From Reclinomonas americana ATCC 50394 (Eukaryota), in the NCBI GenBank assembly GCA_048213135.1, contig PS015009.1:1178001-1242000 (forward strand): a DNA stretch of 64,000 nucleotides, in the 5' to 3' direction. A program made the translations under genes and the position numbers. Every line of letters begins with the position of its first letter. The stretch's first letter is position 1. The notes below the pieces were generated by a model. That model did no database searches and was not told where the DNA came from. It saw only the letters and a program-made list of their open reading frames with translations. Positions 17,282-26,112 of this stretch are shown here, one piece after another.

Positions 17282-18761
17282 GTTCTTTCGGTAATATGAT
17301 GTTGAATGTGGTTCCTTTTCCTTCTTCACTCTGTACGGTAACGGTTCCTTTATGCTCAGCGATGATATGTGCCACGTAGCTCAGTCCCAGTCCGTATCCT
17401 TTTACATTGTGCCTGTCGCCGTGCGGCACACGGAAAAATTTATCGAAAACTTTATCCACGTAAGCCGCGGGAATGCCGATGCCGTTGTCGCGGATCACCA
17501 GTTGCAATGCCTGCTCTTTTTCTGTAAGACTGACTTCTACCGATGGATTGTTTTTGCTGTATTTAAGTGCGTTGTCGAGCAGGTTGTACACCACGCTGGT
17601 GATGTGCATCCTGTCGGCCATAATACTGAAGTTGTTGCCATCCCTGTTAAATTGTACACCAGCCCTGAATTTCTCAAACTGCAGCTGCATCGACCGCATC
17701 ACTTCTTCCACCAGTTCTTCCAGATCGAACCATTCGTATTTTAGTTCTACCTGCTGTGTTTCAAACATCGACAGGCGCAGCACTTTATCTACCAGTAACG
17801 ACAGGCGGTTCAGTTCCTGCCCGGCAATGCCCAGGTACTCCTGTGTACGTTCAGGATTTTGCAAAGCATTGAAATTTTTCATGGCCTCTATGGCTACGCT
17901 CACGGTAGATATAGGTGTTTTCAGTTCGTGTGTAATGTTGCCGATGAATTCGTTTTTAATCTCTGTAAGCCGTTTCTGTGCGAGCAGGTTACGGTAAATG
18001 AAAATGAATGATGCCATGGCCAGCAAAACCAGCAAAACCGATAAGCCGATCTGCAGGCTGATCTTGCGCAACACATACCAGCTATCGTTACTGAATTCGG
18101 CCCGGTACAATATGGGGCTCATAAATCCTACGGGTACATCCCGGGTAATGAATGCTCCTTTTATTCCCTGCTGATGCGAACTGATCTTCACCTGCACCCT
18201 GTTAACGGAAGTATCAATCTTCGCCGTGGTCTTTACGATCTTATAATCAACATCAATTCCTTCCTTGGCCAGCAATACCTGGTACAGCGAATCCACGCGG
18301 CTGCCGGGTATGCTGTCGTTGATGGTTTTATTGCGCAGCAGGAAATCGCGGATATGCTCAGGTGTTTTGCCATTCACTTTCGTATCTACATAGATCACGG
18401 TGTCTTTCTTCAGACTGCGTTTGTATTGCTCGGCTTCAGGGGTGGATACGCTGGCGCTGGTGTTCATGGAGATCACCAGCCGGGGTTTGCCGCTGTCTTT
18501 CTGTACACGGGTTTTTTGTATGCTTGAAATGACATCCGACATAAAGATGTTGTCGCCAGGAAGTCCTTTGAACACCAGCGTATCGCCGGTAAACCGTTCT
18601 GCCTGTAGGCGGTAGAGGGTTTCGCGGAATACCACGTCTGCCGTTTTGCGGAAGTTGCTGCGCTCTTCCTGGAAAAGGCGGTACATCCAGTATGCCTGGA
18701 AAGCCGCGATCAGGATAATGGTCGCGGTCATCAATAGCCGGGCTGTACGCAATTTGTTCAT
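17268..18761 (-). CDS. Membrane sensor histidine kinase
   Basis: Two TMs, ITHELKTP, NLLDNALKYS, DNGIGI, GYGLGL. Confidence 0.95.
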   Translation of the reverse strand: MNKLRTARLLMTATIILIAAFQAYWMYRLFQEERSNFRKTADVVFRETLYRLQAERFTGDTLVFKGLPGDNIFMSDVISSIQKTRVQKDSGKPRLVISMNTSASVSTPEAEQYKRSLKKDTVIYVDTKVNGKTPEHIRDFLLRNKTINDSIPGSRVDSLYQVLLAKEGIDVDYKIVKTTAKIDTSVNRVQVKISSHQQGIKGAFITRDVPVGFMSPILYRAEFSNDSWYVLRKISLQIGLSVLLVLLAMASFIFIYRNLLAQKRLTEIKNEFIGNITHELKTPISTVSVAIEAMKNFNALQNPERTQEYLGIAGQELNRLSLLVDKVLRLSMFETQQVELKYEWFDLEELVEEVMRSMQLQFEKFRAGVQFNRDGNNFSIMADRMHITSVVYNLLDNALKYSKNNPSVEVSLTEKEQALQLVIRDNGIGIPAAYVDKVFDKFFRVPHGDRHNVKGYGLGLSYVAHIIAEHKGTVTVQSEEGKGTTFNIILPKEHAGS

Positions 18762-18805
18762 GATGCTGCAAAACTAAAGGTTAATATCAAGCCCGGAAAC
18801 AGCTA

Positions 18806-18871
18806 TTAACCTTAATTAACATTAATGAAAGGCTGTTTAACCTGCCTGTGGCGCAAGCTGCAATAGTTTTG
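18806..18871 (+). promoter_or_regulatory. TTAAC direct-repeat operator plus TAGTTTTG promoter
   Basis: TTAACCTTAATTAACATTAA-N11-TTAACC-N21-TAGTTTTG. Confidence 0.7.
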
Positions 18872-18906
18872 TGGGACATTGATCACCTAAAACAAAAATA
18901 AAAGTC

Positions 18907-19626
18907 ATGAAAATTGTAAGCTCCCTTATTGTGCTCACGTCGCTGGCCATTGGCGCTTCGGCACAAACCAAAGAAGGTAAGATCATTTATGAACAAAAAA
19001 TAGACCTTCACCGCCGTATTCCCGCCGAAAATGAGCAGATGAAGGCGATGATACCTCCAAGCCGCACGGCTAAATTTGAACTGTACTTCGGCGATAACCA
19101 AAGCCTGTACAAAGCTGTGGAAGAAGATCCTGATCTGTCCAACGAAAACTCCGGCGGTATCGTTATGCGTTTCAATGGCGGAGCGGAGAATGAATACTAC
19201 CGCAACTTCAGCACCAAAAAAGCCATTGAAAAAAGAGAGCTGATGGAAACCATTTATCTCATCGATGATTCGCTGCGCAGCCAGCAATGGAAACTGGAAG
19301 ACGGTGAAACCAAAACCATACTGGGGCATGTCTGCAAAAAAGCGACCGCCAAAACAGAAAGGGGTACCGATGTGATTGCCTGGTATGCGGAGGATATTCC
19401 TGTTGCCGCCGGACCTGAACTGTTCAATGGTTTGCCCGGGCTCATTCTTGGACTGGATGCCAATAAAAGTGAGATCGTTTTTACCGCGGTGTCTTTGAAT
19501 AATGTCGATAAAAAGAATATTAAAGCGCCAACCAAAGGCAAGAAAGTGAACCAGGCTGAGTTTGCCAAAATACAGAAGGAGCTGCTGGGCAATAACCCGG
19601 GCGGTGTGCGGATCGTAACCAATTAA
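18907..19626 (+). CDS. GLPGLI family protein
   Basis: Signal peptide, W.L..ETK.ILG..CKKA, AWYA.DIP...GP..F.GLPGLIL. Confidence 0.92.
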   Translation: MKIVSSLIVLTSLAIGASAQTKEGKIIYEQKIDLHRRIPAENEQMKAMIPPSRTAKFELYFGDNQSLYKAVEEDPDLSNENSGGIVMRFNGGAENEYYRNFSTKKAIEKRELMETIYLIDDSLRSQQWKLEDGETKTILGHVCKKATAKTERGTDVIAWYAEDIPVAAGPELFNGLPGLILGLDANKSEIVFTAVSLNNVDKKNIKAPTKGKKVNQAEFAKIQKELLGNNPGGVRIVTN

Positions 19627-19644
19627 AAGTATAGCAGAAAAATA

Positions 19645-19673
19645 AAAGCCGTTACTCAAAAAGTAACGGCTTT
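19645..19673. terminator. Bidirectional intrinsic terminator
   Basis: AAAGCCGTTACT-CAAAA-AGTAACGGCTTT between convergent genes. Confidence 0.85.
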
Positions 19674-19689
19674 ATTATTAGAGGCGTAT

Positions 19690-21048
19690 TTACAACGCGC
19701 CGGATATCTTATAAGCCCAGGCATAAGGGCTGGGGTTATTCCCCGGATCTAAAGCCGGTGCTGTAATTTTTATTCCTTTGCCATCAACCGCATACCTGAT
19801 CTTTCCTGTATAACCCAGCATACTGACCTCTCCTTTTTTAATACCAGGTACAATGATCTCCTTTTGCCATGCAGTAACGATCACATAGAGGTCGTTTCCT
19901 TTGCGGGTATAAAAAACGTCCTTCTCTTTTTTTGATGGTCCGCCGGTCCAGGCGCGGGTTGCATAGATCGCATCGCCATTGATCCTGAGCCAGTCGCCCA
20001 TATCCTTTAACCGTTGCTGCATGATAACAGGTATGCGTCCATCCGCCGTAGGTCCAACATTAAGGAGGAGATTACCTCCCCGCGAAACGATATCGATAAA
20101 CATATGGATCAGCTGGCTGCTGGTTTGGTACTGCTCCAGGTTTTCATTCCGGTTATACCCAAATGACTCGCCGATGCCGCGACACTCTTCCCATGGCTTT
20201 TGCAGGGATGCATTGCCGCTTCCGTATTCCGTGGTGGAAAATCCGCCATGCTTCCTGTCTTTTCCCCAGCGGTCGTTGATCACAACCGTATTCTTTACCG
20301 GTGATTCATTATATAACCAGCTGATGAACTCCCGGCTTTTCCAGGTGGTATCGCTTTGTTCCCATTCGCCATCGGGCCATACGATATCGGGCTTATACCT
20401 GTTCACCAGGTCTTTCATCTGCGGCAGCATGTGCTCATCTACATACCTGCCGATATCTGTTTTATATAAAGGATTATACCATTCGTACAGTGAATAATAA
20501 AAGCCCATGCGCAACCCTGCATTTTTTACCGCCGAGCTGAGGTCCCCGGCAAGATCACGGTGCGGGCCCACATCGGCGGCATTCCAGTTCCAGGATTGTG
20601 CGCTTGGCCACAAAGCGAATCCTTCGTGATGTTTGCTGGTGAGTATCACATATTTCGCCCCGGCATTCTTAAAAATACCCGCCCATAATACCGGGTCATA
20701 CAATTCCGCTTTAAATAAGGCTGCGAAGTCCTGGTAACGGAATTGCGGGCCGTAGTTCTTCGCATGAAAATCGGTGAACTCCTTATGAATGTTTAAACGT
20801 GTATTGTTCAGCCTTTCCCAGTACCATTCTGCATAACCGCTCCCAAATCCATCGGCGTTGGAATTGGTTGCCCACGACGGAACACTGTACAAACCCCAGT
20901 GAATGAAAATGCCGAATTTGGCATCGGCAAACCATGCAGGAACCGGCCTTGTGTCCAGTGACTCCCATTCCGGTTTATATATGGTTTGTGCTGATACAAT
21001 AGCATAAATAAAAAAAGACAAACACGCGGAGATCAGTATTTTTTTCAT
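19690..21048 (-). CDS. Alpha-L-fucosidase (GH29)
   Basis: WF.DAKFGIFIHWG.YSVP, TSKHHEGF.LW, W.DG.W, NDRW, WEECRG, GGNLLLNVGP. Confidence 0.95.
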   Translation of the reverse strand: MKKILISACLSFFIYAIVSAQTIYKPEWESLDTRPVPAWFADAKFGIFIHWGLYSVPSWATNSNADGFGSGYAEWYWERLNNTRLNIHKEFTDFHAKNYGPQFRYQDFAALFKAELYDPVLWAGIFKNAGAKYVILTSKHHEGFALWPSAQSWNWNAADVGPHRDLAGDLSSAVKNAGLRMGFYYSLYEWYNPLYKTDIGRYVDEHMLPQMKDLVNRYKPDIVWPDGEWEQSDTTWKSREFISWLYNESPVKNTVVINDRWGKDRKHGGFSTTEYGSGNASLQKPWEECRGIGESFGYNRNENLEQYQTSSQLIHMFIDIVSRGGNLLLNVGPTADGRIPVIMQQRLKDMGDWLRINGDAIYATRAWTGGPSKKEKDVFYTRKGNDLYVIVTAWQKEIIVPGIKKGEVSMLGYTGKIRYAVDGKGIKITAPALDPGNNPSPYAWAYKISGAL

Positions 21049-21083
21049 ACTCGGAGAATTATACCGGATAAAAATAAACAGGC

Positions 21084-21515
21084 TTACTCAATAACAATCC
21101 CCAGCAGGCGGACAAATTTGGCCACTTCCTCTGCTTCAGTAGCGCTGAACGTTTGATCATTATCATATTTCGCTTTCAGGAAAAGTACTCTTTTATGCTG
21201 CGGGTATTTAGCCAGGATGGCCTGCAATTGTTTGCCCAGCTGTTCATCCTTTGGCTCGGGGCGGGCGTTGATGGTGGCCTCTGATTTATGCCTTGTAGGC
21301 CGTTGCCGGATGATGGCTTCCAGTGTAGCAAGTTTGCCGGATGGAATAGCATTTACTTTCGACGCTTTGGAATGCAACCCTTCCAGTTGTTTTTTACTAA
21401 GCCCGCCACGTTCACAGAACTGGGTATACAGGCTTTGAATGAATACCGAATCGGGCCGGGCTTCCAGCATGGCTTTGAGTATTTCTTCTACAATATAAAC
21501 GTCGTTGATTGGCAT
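21084..21515 (-). CDS. Conserved hypothetical protein
   Basis: 143-aa ORF from MPIND with GGLSKKQL.GL and KYPQHKRVL motifs. Confidence 0.75.
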   Translation of the reverse strand: MPINDVYIVEEILKAMLEARPDSVFIQSLYTQFCERGGLSKKQLEGLHSKASKVNAIPSGKLATLEAIIRQRPTRHKSEATINARPEPKDEQLGKQLQAILAKYPQHKRVLFLKAKYDNDQTFSATEAEEVAKFVRLLGIVIE

Positions 21516-21520
21516 TATTA

Positions 21521-21660
21521 ACCGCAAAGAAACGAAGAACGCGGAGGTTAGCGCTAAGTTTTTGTTTCTTTATTTTATCTCTTTCTCCCGGTTAAACGAA
21601 AAGCATGATAACATTAAAATATTCTTTGCGCAGCCTCTGCGTTCTTCGTTCCTCCGTGGT
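21521..21660. repeat. Imperfect long inverted repeat (MITE-like)
   Basis: Arms 21521-21558 and 21624-21660 share the AACGAAGAACGC(G/A)GAGG core. Confidence 0.7.
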
Positions 21661-21692
21661 AAAAAACAAAAACCGTCCTGAAAAGAACGGTT
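21661..21692 (-). terminator. Intrinsic terminator of the beta-barrel gene
   Basis: AACCGT(C)CT-GAAA-AGAACGGTT preceded by an A tract on the + strand. Confidence 0.65.
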
Positions 21693-21751
21693 GAGTTTTC
21701 CATGAGCCTATACTAACTACCGGTGTCCTGTAAAAAACACCGGCAGTGGTT

Positions 21752-24541
21752 TTAAAATGTCCTGATCACTGCCCTGGGTCCGCCGGTAACGGGCCTTTGC
21801 AGGCTGTAGGTGAAGCCCAGTGTGAAGTACCTTTTGAGGGTTTTGTACTGGATGTCTTCCACGTAATTGCTGTTGCCATTGCGGTCAACACCTATGTTCT
21901 GGTTCAGCAGGTCGAAAGCACTGAGTTTGATCTCCCCTTTCTTGCTTTTCAGTATTTGTTTGCTGATAGAGGCATTCCATAAAGCTACGCTGGTGTTATA
22001 TCCTGCCGAGCGGCCGCTGTATACATTATAAGCAAGGTCGTTGCTGATGCTGAAGCCTGCGGGCAGGTTGATGTTGGCATTGAATGAATAACTCTGCCTC
22101 CAGTATTCATTGTCGAGTTGCGGCTGAAGGGAGTAAGCGGCTTTGTTATAGCTCACCCGGGCTTCGGCGCTGAGGTCGAGTATTTCCTTGTAGCTGTAGT
22201 TGAGCGTAAGCCTGGGCGCCATACTCAGGTTACCGGTTTTGTTCTTATCACCATTGATGTAGTTGATACTGCGGCCATAGTTCACAAAGGCACCAATGCC
22301 CACCCTTGTTTTTAAGGACTTCAGGCGAAAGCCGCGTTCTACATTACCGTTAATGTTGTACACCCCATCGGCATTTACCGGTGTGGTGGTTTTTGATCCG
22401 CCGCTGAACACATCGCTGTTCACAACAGCGTTCTGCGTTGCGGTATAGTTCACAAAGGCAAACCAGTTTTGCTGGCGCGATGGATTGGCGGCAAAGAACT
22501 GGAGCGACAGGTTGTGGCTGTACTCCTGTTTCAGCGAAGGGTTACCCTGGACGATGTTAAGCGGATCACTTACATTTTTCACCGGCTGCAGTTGTGATAC
22601 GGTGGGCTGGTTGGTAGACGCATTATAGTCCAGCCGCAACGATTTCATCCTGCTGAAGTTATAGGTGAAATTGGCCAGCGGCAATACATTCACGAAGTCC
22701 TGGCGCACACGGAAAGCACTGTCGCGTAACTGGCTTTTCAACTCGGCATACTGCACATTGGCGCCCACGGAATAATTGTATTTTTTCTTCGCCACTCTCA
22801 GGCTTGCACCGCCACCGGTATAGTTGTAATGATTTTCAAAAGCACTGCTCAGTTGTTTATTCATTTTATCGTGCTTACCACTTCCGGCATCATAGTCAAA
22901 CGTGCTGCGGCTGAGGCGTCCGGCATTGCTGTTGTAAAAACCACGGAACTCCAGCAGCGAGCGTTTACTCAGCGGCTCGGTATAGTTCACATTCAGGCCA
23001 TAGCTCTGCGTAACACTATTCACACGGGTTTGCTGGTCGAGTGTGTCCCTGAGACCGATAACGCCGCCTGTGTAGTAATTGTAGATGGAGTTCTGCAGTC
23101 CTCGGGCACGGCTGTCGTTGTATTGGAAGGTACCTGTTGCGGATAAGGTCCTGCCCTTCTTTGGGAATTTATGGCGGAACAGGAGGCTGTTGTTGGTGTT
23201 GTAGCCTTCTGTCTTGTTATGCGTATCGGTAAATCCTTCGTTCAGTTTGTCACCCCCGGGAATATAGGAATGCGACTCGCTGCGGCTATTGTTGTTTCCT
23301 TTCTGGTAGCCCAGCAGGGACGTAAGTTTTAAAGAGTTGAACGAGTCGATTTTGTGATCGATGCTGAAATTAAACCGGTTACTCGCCGACTGGTTCACAT
23401 TATTGCTGTTCTGATCGTATGTAAAATTATTGCCGGGAACAATATTCCTGCGGTTGGTGTTCCGTTCATTATCAAGTGTAAGGTTATTGTAGAAATAACT
23501 GGCGTTCACTTCTGTGCGTTTGCTCCACATATCGTTGTAGTTAAGTCCGCCGGCAATGGTTTTGTTAATACCCTGGCTGTTGTTGATGCCGTCTACCGGC
23601 AGGCCGAAGTCGTCGTTACCCCCATTGATCACGATACGGCCGCCGCCACTCATCATCTTCCTCGATTGCCCGGTAAAGTTGAGCATATCCATAATGGAGA
23701 ATCCCTGGCGGTTGGTATTGTTGGCCATACCCAGGAAAGACACCTGCTGGTCGCCTTTAAAGCGGTTGAGGTTTACCTGCCCGTCATAACGGCCATCAGT
23801 ACCCGCAGCCAGTCCGGCTTTGCCGAAGATGGCATTGCTTTTATCTTTTTTCAGCTTGAGGTTAATGGTTGTTTGCGCATTGCCGTCATCTACACCAGTA
23901 AATGCCGCCTGGTCAGATGCTTTTTCAAATACCTGCACTTTGTCCAGCGCATCGGCGGGCAGGTTCTTGGTGGCCATTTTAGGATCGCCGTTGAAAAAAT
24001 CCTTCCCGTTCACCAATACCCGGTTGATGCGTTTACCATTTACACGAATGTTGCCATCCTTATCCACTTCCACACCTGGCATTTTCTTCAGCATATCTTC
24101 CACCACCGCGTTGGGCTTGGTGGCAAAGTTCTCGGCATTGAATTCCAGGGTGTCTCCATTTACGACAACAGGCGGGCGCTGGCTTTTTACCGTTACTTCC
24201 TGCATCAGGCTTTTATCCCGCATATACAGTTGGCCTGCGTCTACAATGGCGTCTCCCGCTTTTACTTCCACATCTGTCCAAAACGGGTGAAAATTGACCT
24301 GCGAAGCGGAGATGCGGTAGCGGCCTTCGGGGAGCTGATCGAATGAAAAACTGCCGTCCGTTTCGGTACGGGTAAACGCAACCAACGAAGAGTCTTTGGC
24401 TTTTACCAGTGACACTGTGGCGCCGGACACCTGCTGGTGGTGCAGACTGTCGGTAAGCACACCTTTAAGTGTGGCTTTTTTGTTTTGCGCAGTTGCACAA
24501 AGCCCTGCGATAAGGAATAAGTGGAGTAGTAGTGCTCTCAT
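21752..24541 (-). CDS. Outer-membrane beta-barrel / TonB-dependent-like receptor with N-terminal carboxypeptidase-regulatory-like domain
   Basis: Signal peptide, DTLEFNA, EDMLKKMPGVEVD, VNGK.FF..D...ATKNLPA, DLLNQ, aromatic C-terminus. Confidence 0.9.
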   Translation of the reverse strand: MRALLLHLFLIAGLCATAQNKKATLKGVLTDSLHHQQVSGATVSLVKAKDSSLVAFTRTETDGSFSFDQLPEGRYRISASQVNFHPFWTDVEVKAGDAIVDAGQLYMRDKSLMQEVTVKSQRPPVVVNGDTLEFNAENFATKPNAVVEDMLKKMPGVEVDKDGNIRVNGKRINRVLVNGKDFFNGDPKMATKNLPADALDKVQVFEKASDQAAFTGVDDGNAQTTINLKLKKDKSNAIFGKAGLAAGTDGRYDGQVNLNRFKGDQQVSFLGMANNTNRQGFSIMDMLNFTGQSRKMMSGGGRIVINGGNDDFGLPVDGINNSQGINKTIAGGLNYNDMWSKRTEVNASYFYNNLTLDNERNTNRRNIVPGNNFTYDQNSNNVNQSASNRFNFSIDHKIDSFNSLKLTSLLGYQKGNNNSRSESHSYIPGGDKLNEGFTDTHNKTEGYNTNNSLLFRHKFPKKGRTLSATGTFQYNDSRARGLQNSIYNYYTGGVIGLRDTLDQQTRVNSVTQSYGLNVNYTEPLSKRSLLEFRGFYNSNAGRLSRSTFDYDAGSGKHDKMNKQLSSAFENHYNYTGGGASLRVAKKKYNYSVGANVQYAELKSQLRDSAFRVRQDFVNVLPLANFTYNFSRMKSLRLDYNASTNQPTVSQLQPVKNVSDPLNIVQGNPSLKQEYSHNLSLQFFAANPSRQQNWFAFVNYTATQNAVVNSDVFSGGSKTTTPVNADGVYNINGNVERGFRLKSLKTRVGIGAFVNYGRSINYINGDKNKTGNLSMAPRLTLNYSYKEILDLSAEARVSYNKAAYSLQPQLDNEYWRQSYSFNANINLPAGFSISNDLAYNVYSGRSAGYNTSVALWNASISKQILKSKKGEIKLSAFDLLNQNIGVDRNGNSNYVEDIQYKTLKRYFTLGFTYSLQRPVTGGPRAVIRTF

Positions 24542-24578
24542 AAAAAGGTTTTTAATGGCTATACTTTTTTGATGGTCA

Positions 24579-24644
24579 CAAAACTAGAACCGGCTCCTGG
24601 GAAAGGCGGTTAATGAAGTTGGGTTTAAGGTTAATTAAGGTTAA
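24579..24644 (-). promoter_or_regulatory. TTAAC direct-repeat operator plus TAGTTTTG promoter
   Basis: Minus strand TTAACCTTAATTAACCTTAA-N11-TTAACC-N21-TAGTTTTG. Confidence 0.7.
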
Positions 24645-24746
24645 TGAGAAGTTAGTAGTAAGTATTGAGTAGCAAGACAAAACTTAATAATTTTCATGGC
24701 CCGTCCTGATACTTAATACTTGCTACCTGATACCTGACTCTGTCTC

Positions 24747-25257
24747 CTGTTCCGACGGGGTCTTCGGTACGAGACCCCGATGTGGCTTTTTATAAAGGAA
24801 GCAGAGGGGAAGCATGCGGCTTTAAGTTTTACCGCAGAGAACGCGGAGTTATTCGAAGGGTTATTTCACAGAGATGTACGGAGGGCTTTTACAGAGGGCA
24901 CAGAGAGGATGCCATCTTCTGTTCCGACGGGGTCTTCGGAACGAGACCCCGGTGTGGCTTTTATAAAGGAAGCAGCGGGGAAAGCATGCGGCTTTAAGTT
25001 TTACCGCAGAGAACGCGGAGTTATGCGAAGAATTATTTCACAGAGATACACGGAGGGTTTTCACAGAGGGAACAGAGAGGTAGCCATCTTCTGTTCCGAC
25101 GGGGTCTTCGGAACGAGACCCCGGTGTGGCTTTTATAAAGGAAGCAGTGGGGAAAGCATGCGGCTTTAAGTTTTACCGCAGAGAACGCGGAGTTATGCGA
25201 AGAATTATTTCACAGAGATACACGGAGGGTTTTCACAGAGGGAACAGAGAGGAAGCC
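24747..25257 (+). repeat. Tandem array of three ~172-bp units, each starting with a REP-like palindrome
   Basis: Units start at 24747, 24919 and 25091; units 2 and 3 nearly identical. Confidence 0.95.
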
Positions 25258-25418
25258 GGTTTGCCGTGGTCGGTAATCAGTCGGCCGTGGTCCTTACCAC
25301 TGTTAATGAAATGATAAGAAAATCGTTTACCGCAATAAAAATTAAACCCCGGTCAAAAGCCGGGGTCTATTATTTAAGAACGCGATCAACATCATTTAAC
25401 CTATAAAAATTTACTATT

Positions 25419-25541
25419 ATGAAAAAAATATTACGCTTAGAGATCTCAAAAACAGAGGCTGTCATCTTCCTGGCTTTGGTAAGCTGGATCATCGCTTCCT
25501 GTTTCGTAGAACTTCCTGATGTGAACTCACTCGGTATGTAA
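25419..25541 (+). CDS. Candidate 40-aa membrane or lipo-peptide
   Basis: MKKILRLEISKTEAVIFLALVSWIIASCFVELPDVNSLGM; AT-rich leader; hairpin plus T run at ~25564-25592. Confidence 0.45.
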   Translation: MKKILRLEISKTEAVIFLALVSWIIASCFVELPDVNSLGM

Positions 25542-25912
25542 GGCAAATGTTGATGGATATACATCCCGGTTCCCGCAAGGGGCCGGGTTTTTTGTGCAAT
25601 AAAGAGGCCCGGGCGGGCGTTACAACAGGAAATACCTAATATCATGAGACATAGTGTGAGAGCCGTACCCGCCCGTTCCGGGCATATTATCGTACAGGCA
25701 ATACTGGACCTGGTGGCCAAACTGAGGCAGCAACCCGGTTTTTACCCCATCCGCTATTATAAAAAAAGCCGCCGGGCAGGAAAAACCCGGAACAGTTTCT
25801 AGTAAAACAAGCACGAACGCTTCGGAATTTACCAAACCTGAAAATCAGCAAAATCACTCTTGACGGGCCTTCGCAGGAGTTTGTATTTTTAACGTTCTAA
25901 ATCCGATGTTCA

Positions 25913-26044
25913 ATGAGAAAGCCATCTACTACCGGTATTAGCTTTAATACCGTAATGAAAATGTTGGGTATAGCCCTGAAAAGCTTCTTCCAGTCCAGCT
26001 CGAACCGCGATTTCAAGAGGTTGAAAGACTTTATCGCTTCCTGA
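25913..26044 (+). CDS. Candidate 43-aa small protein
   Basis: MRKPSTTGISFNTVMKMLGIALKSFFQSSSNRDFKRLKDFIAS; followed by hairpin TGCCGG..CCGGCA. Confidence 0.35.
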   Translation: MRKPSTTGISFNTVMKMLGIALKSFFQSSSNRDFKRLKDFIAS

Positions 26045-26112
26045 CACGCCATAGCGTACAGCCATGGAACTAACTGCCGGACTGCCACCGGCAATTTTGC
26101 TTTTACGAAGTT

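Noticed and set aside
24747-25257. CRISPR array
   Set aside because: Sequences between the palindromes are near-identical copies rather than unique spacers, the 172-bp period is too long, and no cas genes are in the window.
24780-25314. ORFs inside the tandem array
   Set aside because: They are by-products of the repeat; the unit length is not a multiple of 3 and no family features are visible.
25780-25890. 6S-like or other known ncRNA
   Set aside because: I could not build a convincing long closing stem and the usual gene context is absent; an Rfam scan would be needed.
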